DNA of 59,937 bases from assembly GCA_023451855.1 (NCBI GenBank), contig JAEXXY010000035.1:1-59937 (forward strand), given 5' to 3'. The DNA comes from Actinomycetes bacterium (GTDB taxonomy: Bacteria > Actinomycetota > Actinomycetes > Actinomycetales > Dermatophilaceae). Below, piece after piece: positions 49,100 through 58,645 of the stretch. The position numbers and the translations under genes are program-made. Under the pieces are notes generated by a model. The model had not been told where the DNA came from. It saw only the letters and a program-made list of their open reading frames with translations, and ran no database searches. Positions within the stretch are counted from its first letter, which is position 1, and each line of letters starts with the position of its first letter.

Positions 49100-50062
49100 T
49101 CAGGTCCGCTTGGTCAGCAGCATGTCCTTCGACACGTTGAGGCGGACGGTGTTGTCCTCCACCGCGTCGACCTCAGTGGCGGAGACGTACGCGTCGCGGG
49201 CGAACAGACCCTTGCGGTCGACCTTGACGTAGCCGGTGCGCAGCAGGCGCGCCGCGAACGGGCGCGGCACGTCCGGCATCACGTCCGGGTCCTCGCCCTG
49301 GACGCTGATCGCCTCTGGATCACCCAGCTTGACGAACTCCACCTTGCCGACCTCCTCGCCGTTCACGTCCACGACCTTCATGCCCTCGTAGACCTTCTCG
49401 ATCGGTCCGATCCGGTCGATGGATCCGCGGTACTCGTCGTGCCGCTCGACGTCGGTGCTGCCCAGCTCGGTGAGCAGCTGCTGGGCCCGGGCCACCTCCT
49501 CCTCGGTGCCGTGGACGACCAGCAGGTAGCTGCCGGTGCGGACGAGCTCCTCGTACTTCGGGAGGTGCTTCTTGGCCACGAAGTGTCCAAGGAGGGCGCC
49601 GACCGCGCCCCCCAGAAGGGCGCCCTCCGCGGCCCCGACCGCAGCCGCCGCCAGCGGGCCCAGGACGACGAGGGTGCCAAGACCCGGGATGAAGAGCATC
49701 GCGGCACCGCTCAGGACGCCGAACAGCCCTCCCACCCAGGCTCCCGTCGCCGCGCTGGGACCCGCGACGTCACCGGTGGTGACGAACCCGCTGATCCGGA
49801 TCTCGCTCTCCATGCCGTTTCCGACGATCGAGATCCGGTCGACCGGGAAGTCCCTCTTGCCGAGCTCGATGACCGCCTCCTCGGCGGCGGCCAGGTCGGG
49901 GAAGACCGCGATGACGGCCCGATCGCCCTCGCCGACCGGACGGGAGTCGGTGGTCGGTGGATTGCTGCCGAGGGTGCGAGAGGGATCCACCTGCGTGACC
50001 AGCCGCGAGCTCGAGTCGCTGCCTGCGGGATCGGCTCCGGTCTGGGTGACGGGATCTGTCAT
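49100..50062 (-). CDS. general stress protein (YflT/DUF1269-like) fused to PRC-barrel-like domain
   Basis: AE.AV..L....FP...ISIVG, Gly-zipper TMs, YEE.V..G.YLL.V.G; C-terminal EGMKVVD.NGEEVGKV. Confidence 0.72.
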   Translation of the reverse strand: MTDPVTQTGADPAGSDSSSRLVTQVDPSRTLGSNPPTTDSRPVGEGDRAVIAVFPDLAAAEEAVIELGKRDFPVDRISIVGNGMESEIRISGFVTTGDVAGPSAATGAWVGGLFGVLSGAAMLFIPGLGTLVVLGPLAAAAVGAAEGALLGGAVGALLGHFVAKKHLPKYEELVRTGSYLLVVHGTEEEVARAQQLLTELGSTDVERHDEYRGSIDRIGPIEKVYEGMKVVDVNGEEVGKVEFVKLGDPEAISVQGEDPDVMPDVPRPFAARLLRTGYVKVDRKGLFARDAYVSATEVDAVEDNTVRLNVSKDMLLTKRT

Positions 50063-50579
50063 GACGCCCTCCTCGTGTGCTCCGACCCGGCCTGGCCGAC
50101 GCCGCACCGCCCGGTCACGGGCGGGCTGGCCCACCATTTCTCGTAAGTGGCACCCCTCACATCCCGTGATCAGGTGACACCGACGCTTCAGCGAAACGAG
50201 CTTGGCCCTCGTTTGACCACCTCGTACGTTGGTGAGCTCCGAATGGCGGCGCCCGCATCGCGGGAGGGCACCGAGGTTCTCGCAGGCTGCGACCGACGAC
50301 CTGGCGGGACGGCCCAGAAGTCGCGCGGCTGCCAGCCCTCGCCTCCAGCGTCTGGTTGAGCTCGGCCGGCCGGTTCAAGAGGTCGACGGAGATCGTGGCC
50401 GACGTCGTGACGCTGTCATCGTCCTCATCCCCGACGGCTCGAACGATGACGACGGCGACCCCCACAACCAACGACCGCCAGCCCTGCCAGCGCCAGCACG
50501 CCGGTGCGGGCGCGGAGGGGTCGTGCTCCGGGCGGCTGGCCTGCCCACTCACCGGTTGCGCGGATTCGTTCTTCCTGCA

Positions 50580-51836
50580 TCAAGTCAGTTTTCGCGTGAT
50601 GCGGTAGTGCAGGGTGAGGATCGGAAATCCGAATAACCAAAACGCGTGTTCTGCGCGTAGGGCGCCGTCTTTGACGAACACGTCGAGCTGCTCCTCGAAG
50701 CCGTGCACGGCCAGGGCAGTGAGCTCGTCGGCGGTCGTGTCGATGTAGGTGAGGTAATGCCCTGTCTGTCCGTCGTGGGCGCGGCTGGTCAGTGTGAGGC
50801 CGCGATCGGGGCGTGATTGCGGGAGCAGGGTGGCGGTGAAGCTGCCCTCCGGTACAGGGAAACCGACGCTGACGTAGCCCTGCTCCCGGTGGGTGTAGGT
50901 CGTGTAGATGCCGACCATGATCGGCTCGTCGTCGTCGGCGAACGACCTGATCCAGCCGCGCACGGATACCGCGCCGTCGACGCCGCTGACGGTGTCAATC
51001 CGGCTGCGAATCCCGCGCTGGGTCTCGCGTTGGTTCATCGGGATGCTGGCCTGGCCCAAGGGGCGCGCGACCAGGGTGCGGTACAGGAGGTAGCCGGGCC
51101 TGACCCACAGTCGCCATTGCGGGACGATGTCCAGCGCGAACCGCGTGGTGTGCTCGTAGAACTCCCGAACGAGCGGGTCGACCTGCCAGGGGTCGAACAG
51201 CGGCCCCGCCAGCGCGTCGAGGGAGGCCACGATCCCGGCGTCGGACGCGGCCGCCGTGTAATTGGCTCCCAGCTCTGCGGCCAGCTCCCGGACGTAACCG
51301 GTACCGACGTACTTCGAGCGCGCCGGACGCGGGACGACGAACGGCAGGTCGGTGGCGCTGACCCTGTCGGCCAGCAGGCTGACCTGGTGGTCACGGAAGA
51401 TCAGCGCCGACAGGCTGCGGTACGCCAGGACCGTGCTGCTCGCCACAACCGCCGCCGGCGCCGAACCGGCAGCGAGCGACTGCCCGACGACGGCTCCCAC
51501 GACTGGGCCCATCGCCACCTTCTGGGGTCGGACGCCCAGGGCGCCGACCACCACGCCGGTGGCCACGCCGACGGCCCGAGGACCCGCGGAGGTCAGTGCT
51601 CCAGCAACCCAACCGAGGGGCGCCGCCAACGCGGTACTGACCGCGATCCGCTGCCACAGCGCGGGGATCTCCCCCTCTTTCTGGCGAGCCCTGGCGACTG
51701 CCTCCGACGTGCCCAGTGCAACGGCCCCCACCACCGCGGCACCGGCCGCCGCTCGCACACCGCGGTGCGCCGTCAGCGACGCCCCGGCGAGGCCGCCGAC
51801 CGAGGCAGCGAAGCCAATGGAGGAACTGGTCGCCAT
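50580..51836 (-). CDS. conserved hypothetical protein (hydrophobic N-terminus, YndJ-like C-terminal domain)
   Basis: [37 protein letters not shown] -10 just before ATG. Confidence 0.7.
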   Translation of the reverse strand: MATSSSIGFAASVGGLAGASLTAHRGVRAAAGAAVVGAVALGTSEAVARARQKEGEIPALWQRIAVSTALAAPLGWVAGALTSAGPRAVGVATGVVVGALGVRPQKVAMGPVVGAVVGQSLAAGSAPAAVVASSTVLAYRSLSALIFRDHQVSLLADRVSATDLPFVVPRPARSKYVGTGYVRELAAELGANYTAAASDAGIVASLDALAGPLFDPWQVDPLVREFYEHTTRFALDIVPQWRLWVRPGYLLYRTLVARPLGQASIPMNQRETQRGIRSRIDTVSGVDGAVSVRGWIRSFADDDEPIMVGIYTTYTHREQGYVSVGFPVPEGSFTATLLPQSRPDRGLTLTSRAHDGQTGHYLTYIDTTADELTALAVHGFEEQLDVFVKDGALRAEHAFWLFGFPILTLHYRITRKLT

Positions 51837-52069
51837 GCGAGTGAACCTAGCCGTCACGGGCACGGGCGACAACGAAAATCCTTGCTGCGAAAGGACGCAA
51901 GCGCCCCGCCACGAGTCGCGCCCGATGTGGCCGTTTCGCGGGGGAACGCTACTGCCACTTCGCGGCGAAGGGACGCAGTTGTCGGCCCGCGTCCCGCTGG
52001 GCAACGTGAGGATCCCGTACAGCGCCTGCACGCTTAGACAGCGGCGGCGACCTGAACGCAGACTGGACT

Positions 52070-53371
52070 GTGGCCGATCTCCCCACCCGTGCCCTGGTCC
52101 GCGGCGTGCGACTGGCCGCGGTCCCGGCCGGGTTCCTGGGCCGGCGCGCCGCCGGCCTGGGCCGGCGACTCGGCGGACAACCCGCCGAGCTCGTCGCTGC
52201 CCAGGTCCAGGCAAGAACTGCCGAGCAGCTGTTCAGCGTCCTCGGCCAGCTCAAGGGCGGCGCGATGAAGGGCGGGCAGTGGCTCTCGACCATGCAGGCG
52301 GCGCTGCCGCCCGAGCTCGCTGGGCCTTACGGCGAGGCGCTGACGAGGTTGCAGGAAGCCGCCCCCGCCATGTCTGAAAGCACGGTGCATCAGGTGCTCG
52401 TCGACCACTTGGGACCGGCCTGGCGGGATCATTTCCTCACATTCGAGGACGCGCCGGCCGCCGCGGCCAGCATCGGCCAGGTGCACCGCGCGGTGTGGCG
52501 CGACGGGCGGCAGGTCGCTGTGAAAGTGCAGTACCCGCGAGCCGCGCAAGCCCTGGCAGCGGACCTTCGACAGCTCGACCGGATCGCCCCTCTGCTGCGC
52601 GTCCTGGTGCCCGGGCTCGACGCAGGCGAGCTGTTCCAGCAGCTCACCGCACGCGTCCTGGCTGAGACCGACTACGAGCAGGAAGCCGAAGCCCAGACCG
52701 CGTTCGCGTCGGCCTTTCGCGATGACCTCGACGTCACCGTCCCGGCGGTGGTGCACGTCGCCGGCCACGTGCTCGTGTCCGAGTGGATCGACGGACGTTC
52801 GGTGGCCGACCTGGCCCGCCACGGCAGCCAAGCCGACCGGGACCGTGCCGGGCTGCTGCTGTCCCGGTTCCTCCTGTCGAGCCCGCCTCGGGTCGGCCGG
52901 GTCCATGGCGATCCGCATCCCGGCAACTTCCGGCTCCTGGAGGACGGCCGCCTCGCCGTCCTCGACTTCGGCGCGACGTTGCCCGCGCCCGACTGGTCGC
53001 CGAACGTCCAGGCGGTGCTGCGCGCGGCACGGGACCGGGACACCGCGGAACTGGAGGACGTGGCGCGCCGCACGAGGCTCGTCCACGGCGAGGACGTCTC
53101 TGGCCCGGCCCTTCTCGAGCTCCTGGACCCGCTGGTGGAGCCCCTACGCAGCGAACGCTTCACCTTCGGATCGGCTTGGATGCGGTCAATCGCGACCCGA
53201 TTCTCCGACCCGCGCTCCCCCACCTCGCGAGTGCAGCGGCACCTGCACATCCCCATCCGGTATCTGCTGCTGCAACGTGTCGCGGCCGGCACCACCGGGG
53301 TGCTGTGCCAGCTCAACGCCGACGTGCCACTGGCAGCAGAGGCAAGAAGGTGGATGCCCGCGCTCACGTGA
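52070..53371 (+). CDS. ABC1/AarF/UbiB family atypical kinase
   Basis: [44 protein letters not shown]. Confidence 0.92.
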   Translation: MADLPTRALVRGVRLAAVPAGFLGRRAAGLGRRLGGQPAELVAAQVQARTAEQLFSVLGQLKGGAMKGGQWLSTMQAALPPELAGPYGEALTRLQEAAPAMSESTVHQVLVDHLGPAWRDHFLTFEDAPAAAASIGQVHRAVWRDGRQVAVKVQYPRAAQALAADLRQLDRIAPLLRVLVPGLDAGELFQQLTARVLAETDYEQEAEAQTAFASAFRDDLDVTVPAVVHVAGHVLVSEWIDGRSVADLARHGSQADRDRAGLLLSRFLLSSPPRVGRVHGDPHPGNFRLLEDGRLAVLDFGATLPAPDWSPNVQAVLRAARDRDTAELEDVARRTRLVHGEDVSGPALLELLDPLVEPLRSERFTFGSAWMRSIATRFSDPRSPTSRVQRHLHIPIRYLLLQRVAAGTTGVLCQLNADVPLAAEARRWMPALT

Positions 53372-53406
53372 ATACGAACCTCGTGATGCCCTGACACCAA
53401 AGCCAC

Positions 53407-53720
53407 CTATGCGCGGGCCTCCGCGCGGGCCTCCGCGCGAGCCTGCCTCGCGGCCTGCCGCGCGGCCTGGCGCCGCGGCGGCAGAAGCTGCAGCAGGCTC
53501 AGGAAGGCGAAGACGAGGGTGTTGAAGCCGACCCAGAGGCAGAGTGCGGCGTAGCAGTCGGTGTGGAGCGTGGACGTCGCTAGGAGGATGCCGTAGGGAT
53601 ACAGGTAGGCGGCCACGGCGAAGAGCACGCCGGATCGGAGTACCGGACGTGGGACGTAGTTCCAGTCCTCGCGGGCGCCGGTGATGATCTTCCAGCCTCG
53701 CGCCGTCCCAGCGCCACGTT
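53407..53720 (-). CDS. possible small two-TM membrane protein (start unresolved, possibly frameshifted)
   Basis: The 3' end of the 53407..55218 frame encodes two hydrophobic segments and a QAAR/AEAR tail; the RBS-preceded ATG near 53739 is in another frame; 5' limit approximate. Confidence 0.35.
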
Positions 53721-53998
53721 TCCCGAGCTCGCAGCCATGGCGTCCCTTTCGAGCCTGACCAGCCCAGTGTCGTACCGGGACGAAAGGGGCACGAGGCCCG
53801 AACCGTACGAGCCTCGGTGCACGGGTCCGCCGCAGCCACGAAGATCGCCTCGCGGCGAAGAGACCCAGATGGCCGGCTGGCGCCTCCGAGAGGTTCGGGG
53901 GTGGTCCAGCGGCGGCCTGGGTGTTCAGGCTGAGGGCGGCCCGCTCGAGCCGGGACGCCTCGTGTGTCATCGACACGGAGGCGTCCCGGCCCAAGGGA

Positions 53999-54964
53999 CT
54001 ACTTGCCTCTGGCTCGGCCACGTACGACGGCGCCGGGTTCGAGCTGGCCGCCGCCGTAGCCTGCTTCGGCCAGTGCTTTGGGGTGGGCGAGTGGGAGGTA
54101 CTGGCCGAAGCGGACGCTTGCCGTCGCGTCCTCGGCGACCTCGACGCCACTGATCTCGCCCTCGACCATGAGTGCCGGTGCGGCGAACGTCTGCACGACG
54201 TCGGCCGGCAGGGCGAGCAGCCCGAAGCTGGCGGCCGTGATGGTGATCCGGGCTTCGCCCTCACGGAGGCCGTGGCCGGACCAGCTCTGTGCGAGCAGGC
54301 CGGCGAAGGCCTCGTCGAGCGAGTGCGTGGGGACCTCGCCGACCGTGGCGACGCCGCGGTGTACGTGGAACATCCGCGCGAGTGCGACGCCTCGCCCGTC
54401 GTCGTCGGGGTCGAAGTGGAGGTTGGTCTTCGCGCCGGGACCGATGAGGGCCAGACCTTCGGCAGCGTAGGACAGCCGCACCGTCGCCCGAGCGGGTCCG
54501 CTGTCCACCTCTTTGCCGTCCTCGTTGAGCTGGGCCCATTGGCCGAGGCTGACGTCGACGCCGGCGGCCTCGTCTCCCAGGCCGACGCGGTGGAGGAGCT
54601 CCTGGCCGTGACGGATGAGGTGCCGGGCCAGCTCGTCGCCGAGACGGAAGGTACCGTCGTCGTCGCGTTGCACCTCACTCCACTTCCGTCGCTCGTCGGG
54701 GTACGCGGCGAGCCGCTCGGCGTTGCGGGCGCGGATCGCTCCGCTCGCCGAGAACACCTCGACCTGACCGCGGTCGCTCCCCACGGCGTACCCGTGCGGC
54801 ACCTGGGCGGTGCCCTTGAGGTCGATCTGCAGCACCTCGGCGATGGCTCGCGTGGTGTCGTCGCGGTCCTTGGCACAGGGCGGCGTGTGGCTGAGCACCG
54901 GGGCGGTGGATGGGATGTCGGGCAGCTCGACCTTGAAGTCGATGTCGTTGAATGTGAGTGGCAT
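53999..54964 (-). CDS. hypothetical protein, partner of the DUF6345 gene
   Basis: GAGGAG RBS; ATG 10 nt after the DUF6345 stop; 321 aa, high GC3, no signal peptide. Confidence 0.8.
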   Translation of the reverse strand: MPLTFNDIDFKVELPDIPSTAPVLSHTPPCAKDRDDTTRAIAEVLQIDLKGTAQVPHGYAVGSDRGQVEVFSASGAIRARNAERLAAYPDERRKWSEVQRDDDGTFRLGDELARHLIRHGQELLHRVGLGDEAAGVDVSLGQWAQLNEDGKEVDSGPARATVRLSYAAEGLALIGPGAKTNLHFDPDDDGRGVALARMFHVHRGVATVGEVPTHSLDEAFAGLLAQSWSGHGLREGEARITITAASFGLLALPADVVQTFAAPALMVEGEISGVEVAEDATASVRFGQYLPLAHPKALAEAGYGGGQLEPGAVVRGRARGK

Positions 54965-54974
54965 GACGCGCTCC

Positions 54975-55658
54975 TCAGCAGGTTCCGCGCGCGGTCCAGA
55001 AGGACCGGCTGCTGACGGGGTCGGTGGCTTCGGCGACGCGCAGCCGCTCGTTGTAGGTCGGGGCGTCCGCCGACTCGGCCCGCAGGTAGGCCCACTGGAC
55101 GTTGCTGCCCTCGACGATCTCGTTGGCCTCGGCCCAGGCCTCGCGCACCGGTATGTCGACGCGGAAGAGCCAGCTGCCGGACCAGTAGTACAGCCACGCG
55201 GCATACATGGCGAACCACGTGCCGCGGGAGTTCTGGCCGCCGCCGGAGTAGGAGGAGTTGTGGAAGCCGAGCATGTAGTGCAGCCGCTGGAATGCCGGGA
55301 TCCAGCGCCCGACCGAGTTGCTCGAGGTGTGCTCGAGCAGGTCGCAGGCGTGTGTCGCGAAGATCTCGAGGTCGTTCTTGCCGAAGTCCACGGCCTCGCT
55401 GGTCGTGACACTGCCGCCCCAGACGAGGAACCCGTCGGGCCAGCCGTGCGAGGACATCTGCATCGCGTCGACGCTGTCAGAGCGCTGCGTGGTGCCGACG
55501 GTCGTGACGAAGTCCGACTCGCGGACGTCGCTCTCGCCGTGGTTCTGGGTCCAGTCGAACTCGGAGAGCCCGCCGAGCGTAGACGCGAAGCCCTCGGCCT
55601 CGAGCCGACGGCCGTCGATCCCGTCCCGGATCCACCAAGACCCCACGTACTTGACCAT
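54975..55658 (-). CDS. DUF6345 family protein, putative caspase/gingipain-fold cysteine peptidase
   Basis: VD....SSHG, FG.NDLE....AC.LL, W.PAF..LH.MLGF, V.EAW; AAGGGGG RBS. Confidence 0.75.
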   Translation of the reverse strand: MVKYVGSWWIRDGIDGRRLEAEGFASTLGGLSEFDWTQNHGESDVRESDFVTTVGTTQRSDSVDAMQMSSHGWPDGFLVWGGSVTTSEAVDFGKNDLEIFATHACDLLEHTSSNSVGRWIPAFQRLHYMLGFHNSSYSGGGQNSRGTWFAMYAAWLYYWSGSWLFRVDIPVREAWAEANEIVEGSNVQWAYLRAESADAPTYNERLRVAEATDPVSSRSFWTARGTC

Positions 55659-55889
55659 GGTCGTCCCCCTTGCGTGTTGGTGCCATCGAGGTGATGGCTA
55701 CGCACGAAAGGAGGGCGGTGGTGCGCCGCCAGATACCTCCCGCGCCTCCAAACCTGCACGGCGGTAACGGAATCCCAACGGGGGCGGTTCGAGGGGCGGG
55801 AGCGGCGCCAGCTCACACGCTCGTTCGCTCGCTCGCTCCGCGGTAGCGCGGGCGACTGGCGGCGAAGTGAGGCATCGAGGCAGCGTTGG

Positions 55890-56912
55890 CTAACTATGGT
55901 TTGGGGGTCGGTCCTCCGAGTGATGGGCGACGCGCAGCGCGTTCAGCGCCTCGCGATCGACCCCATCCGGAGGGAACACCGCAACTCGGATGTCCGTGCG
56001 AGCGACGAGCGTCGCAGTCCGTCTTCCACCCTCGAGGAAGGCGCGTTCGCCAACCAACGCTCCTGGGCCCAGCTCTCCGCAATGCTGACCGCTGACGTCG
56101 ACATCGACGATCCCATCCAGGACAAGAAACATGGCCTCTTCGCGCGCGCCCTGCTTAGTAACCTCCGTGCCCGCGTTCATGGAGCGGATGGTCGGTTTGT
56201 GCCCCGAGGTCATGACTTCGCGGGAGACAACCCGTTCAAGTGCAGACTCCGCCGCTGCGACCAGCACAGGCGAGTCGTGAGTCCCCCAAGGCGTGTGCTT
56301 GCCGAACGACGCTTTCATCCACGAGCCCGAGTCCATGGTCCCGCTCTTGGCGAAGACAACCCCGTCTCGCCCGTAAACCCAGTGCCGTGGGAACTTGCTA
56401 GCGCCGACGAGCTCAGACTCCACCTCGCCATTCGCGTGAACAGTCAGGCGCAGCGTCGTCCAGACGGCGGGCGATGCGATTTGGGCGTACGGGGGCTGTG
56501 TGACTGGGCGGGGGGCGATCATGCCTGCCCGACCACCGGCGGTCTGCAGGAACGTGACCGATTCACCAGTGATGATCGGTTCGTGCTGAATCGTCGGGTA
56601 TGGGATCGCAGCGACTCGAAGTGACCACGGACCCGCTCGCAACGTTGAGCCGCCCATGATCGCTTCGCTGAAGTCGTCGTAGGTGCCTGAGGCGACGTGG
56701 CCGTCGGAAACTCGAACCGTGACCGAGAGATGATTCGCAAACCTGAACACATCGGCCTCAGCGGCCCCGTGCAGCCACTCTGGACCGTGGATCTGGTCCG
56801 GTGGCGGCCTGTCGTAGTGGGTGAGGCCGGACTCGAAGGCGCCGCGCGCCAGGCCGGTAACCGCTTGGGACGGAATCCAACTCACTGAAGTGACGCTCGC
56901 CCGCGTCTCCAT
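55890..56912 (-). CDS. cyclic nucleotide-binding domain protein with uncharacterised N-terminal domain
   Basis: C-terminal QG....MFLVLDG.V.V...LGPG..VGERA.L.GG.RTAT; TAGTCT 6 nt before ATG (leaderless-like). Confidence 0.85.
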   Translation of the reverse strand: METRASVTSVSWIPSQAVTGLARGAFESGLTHYDRPPPDQIHGPEWLHGAAEADVFRFANHLSVTVRVSDGHVASGTYDDFSEAIMGGSTLRAGPWSLRVAAIPYPTIQHEPIITGESVTFLQTAGGRAGMIAPRPVTQPPYAQIASPAVWTTLRLTVHANGEVESELVGASKFPRHWVYGRDGVVFAKSGTMDSGSWMKASFGKHTPWGTHDSPVLVAAAESALERVVSREVMTSGHKPTIRSMNAGTEVTKQGAREEAMFLVLDGIVDVDVSGQHCGELGPGALVGERAFLEGGRRTATLVARTDIRVAVFPPDGVDREALNALRVAHHSEDRPPNHS

Positions 56913-57016
56913 GGGTTCAGACTAGATGCACTCACTCCAGCTGTCCGCGACACGGCGGGACACGTCGCCGGCTGGCGCCCAAAGCCGATCGTCGACTCAG
57001 CGGTTGGGAGGCACCA

Positions 57017-58363
57017 TTGATTCCCAAGACCCACTACGCCGATTCCCGCGGAGCGGAGATTGCCTACAGGGTCGTCGGAAACGGTCCCAGGGACATCGTG
57101 CTGGCAATGCCGGGGCCCACCCATCTGGACATGCTCTGGGAGATGCCGGACTACGCGGACTTCGTGGACCGACTGTCGCATCTGGGGCGGGTCCTGGCCT
57201 TCGACAAGCGTGGCCAAGGGCTGTCCACCAGAGATGTCGACGGCCTGAGCGCAGAGCAGCGCAGCCGCGACATCATGGCCGTGATGGATGCTGCCCGGAG
57301 CCCAGCGGCAGTGCTGTTCGGCTGGATGGACAGCGCCACAATCGGCCTGCTGACCGCGGCGCTGTTTCCGGAGCGCGTGAGCGCCGTGATAGCGGGGGAA
57401 GCCCTCGCCTTGGGCCACCGCGACGCCGAGCACCCCTTCGGGGTGAAGCGAAAGACGATGAAACTGATCATCAAGGCGATCGAACACGGCGCTTGGGGGC
57501 GGTCGCAGTTGGGACGGGTCCTCAACCCGCGCGTCAAACTGACACCCGCCGAGCGGGCCGCCTACGCCCGCTTCGAAAGCATGGCAGCCACCCCCAAGGC
57601 CGCGGCGCAGCTCTTCCAGATGCACACGGACCTTGACCTGCGCCCCCACCTCGCCGACATCCGCGCACCTGTGCTCCTGCTGCACGACGAGCGCTTCCAC
57701 ATGGTTCCCACCGGCGGCGTGCAATGGCTGGCAGACCGCCTTCCGGACGCGAGGCTCAAGATCATCGGAGGTGCCGAACGAAGAGGCCCCGGCATCCCCC
57801 TCGAGGAGATCTACGAAGAAATCGAGGAGTTCCTCTCCGGCACCAGGGGTGCGCTTGCGAACCGTCAGGTGATGACCCTGCTGTTCACCGATGTCGTCGG
57901 TTCGACATCCGCTGCGGCCACCTCCGGTGACACCCCGTGGAAGTACCTGCTCTCTGCACACCGTGACGCAGTCCGCAAGGCTTTGGCGCGATTCGGCGGC
58001 GTTGAGATCGACACCGCGGGCGACGGCTTCCTGACCTCGTTCATGCTGCCTTCATCGGCCCTGCGCTGCGCCGCACGCATCGTTGGCGACGCCAGACAGA
58101 TGGGTTTCGAGGTGCGGGCCGGTGTGCACACAGGCGAGGTCATGCTGCTAACACCAGGCGGCCTGGCCGGAATCGCCGTACACATCGCTGCACGCGTCGC
58201 GGCTCTGGCTGGGCCCTCCGAGGTCCTGCTGACCGACACAGTGCGCACCCTCGTCGAAGGCTCGGGCATCGCGGTCGAACCAGCCGGCGACCGAGCTCTC
58301 AAGGGGGTGCCCGGAATGTGGGCCCTGAGCCGCCTGGCCAACTATCCGGACACTGTCTCCTGA
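57017..58363 (+). CDS. alpha/beta hydrolase-fold / class III nucleotide cyclase fusion (Rv1900c/LipJ-like)
   Basis: FDKRGQGLS hydrolase fold; LFTDVVGST, TAGDGF, RAGVHTGEV, AVHIAARV, LKGVPG; GGGAGG RBS before TTG. Confidence 0.9.
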   Translation: MIPKTHYADSRGAEIAYRVVGNGPRDIVLAMPGPTHLDMLWEMPDYADFVDRLSHLGRVLAFDKRGQGLSTRDVDGLSAEQRSRDIMAVMDAARSPAAVLFGWMDSATIGLLTAALFPERVSAVIAGEALALGHRDAEHPFGVKRKTMKLIIKAIEHGAWGRSQLGRVLNPRVKLTPAERAAYARFESMAATPKAAAQLFQMHTDLDLRPHLADIRAPVLLLHDERFHMVPTGGVQWLADRLPDARLKIIGGAERRGPGIPLEEIYEEIEEFLSGTRGALANRQVMTLLFTDVVGSTSAAATSGDTPWKYLLSAHRDAVRKALARFGGVEIDTAGDGFLTSFMLPSSALRCAARIVGDARQMGFEVRAGVHTGEVMLLTPGGLAGIAVHIAARVAALAGPSEVLLTDTVRTLVEGSGIAVEPAGDRALKGVPGMWALSRLANYPDTVS

Positions 58364-58645
58364 AGAGACCCACGCAGATCATCGGACACCGAAGGGCACA
58401 CGCGGGCGGCCCCAGGCTGTTCGCGCTGGCCCGGACGAGTGCCGGCGCGCGAGATGACAATCGGCGGTGTGGGCGGTGTGGGCGGTAGGGGCGCGCTGGG
58501 AGCCGTTGTGGCGCATGCCGGTGAGCCGGTGCGCCACGCATCGCCTCCACGTGGGTGGGTTCAAAGGCGTCCAGGTGGTCTACGAGCCCCACCTCGGGGG
58601 CGCCGGGCCACGGGATCGGTCGGTGCGCAGCGCTAGCGTGCTGGC

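Noticed and set aside
50157..50580. Fragment with a hydrophobic segment split across two frames
   Set aside because: May be a pseudogene relic, but I cannot recognise a family, so it is not called.
53721..55816. 603-aa and 605-aa overlapping minus-strand ORFs suggesting overprinting
   Set aside because: Their upstream parts are off-frame readings of the DUF6345 and partner genes; only the separately listed segments look coding.
55818..55838. (GCTC)n run resembling the AAV Rep-binding element or plasmid iterons
   Set aside because: Short, low-complexity and with no Rep/HUH gene nearby; kept only as part of the intergenic structure finding.
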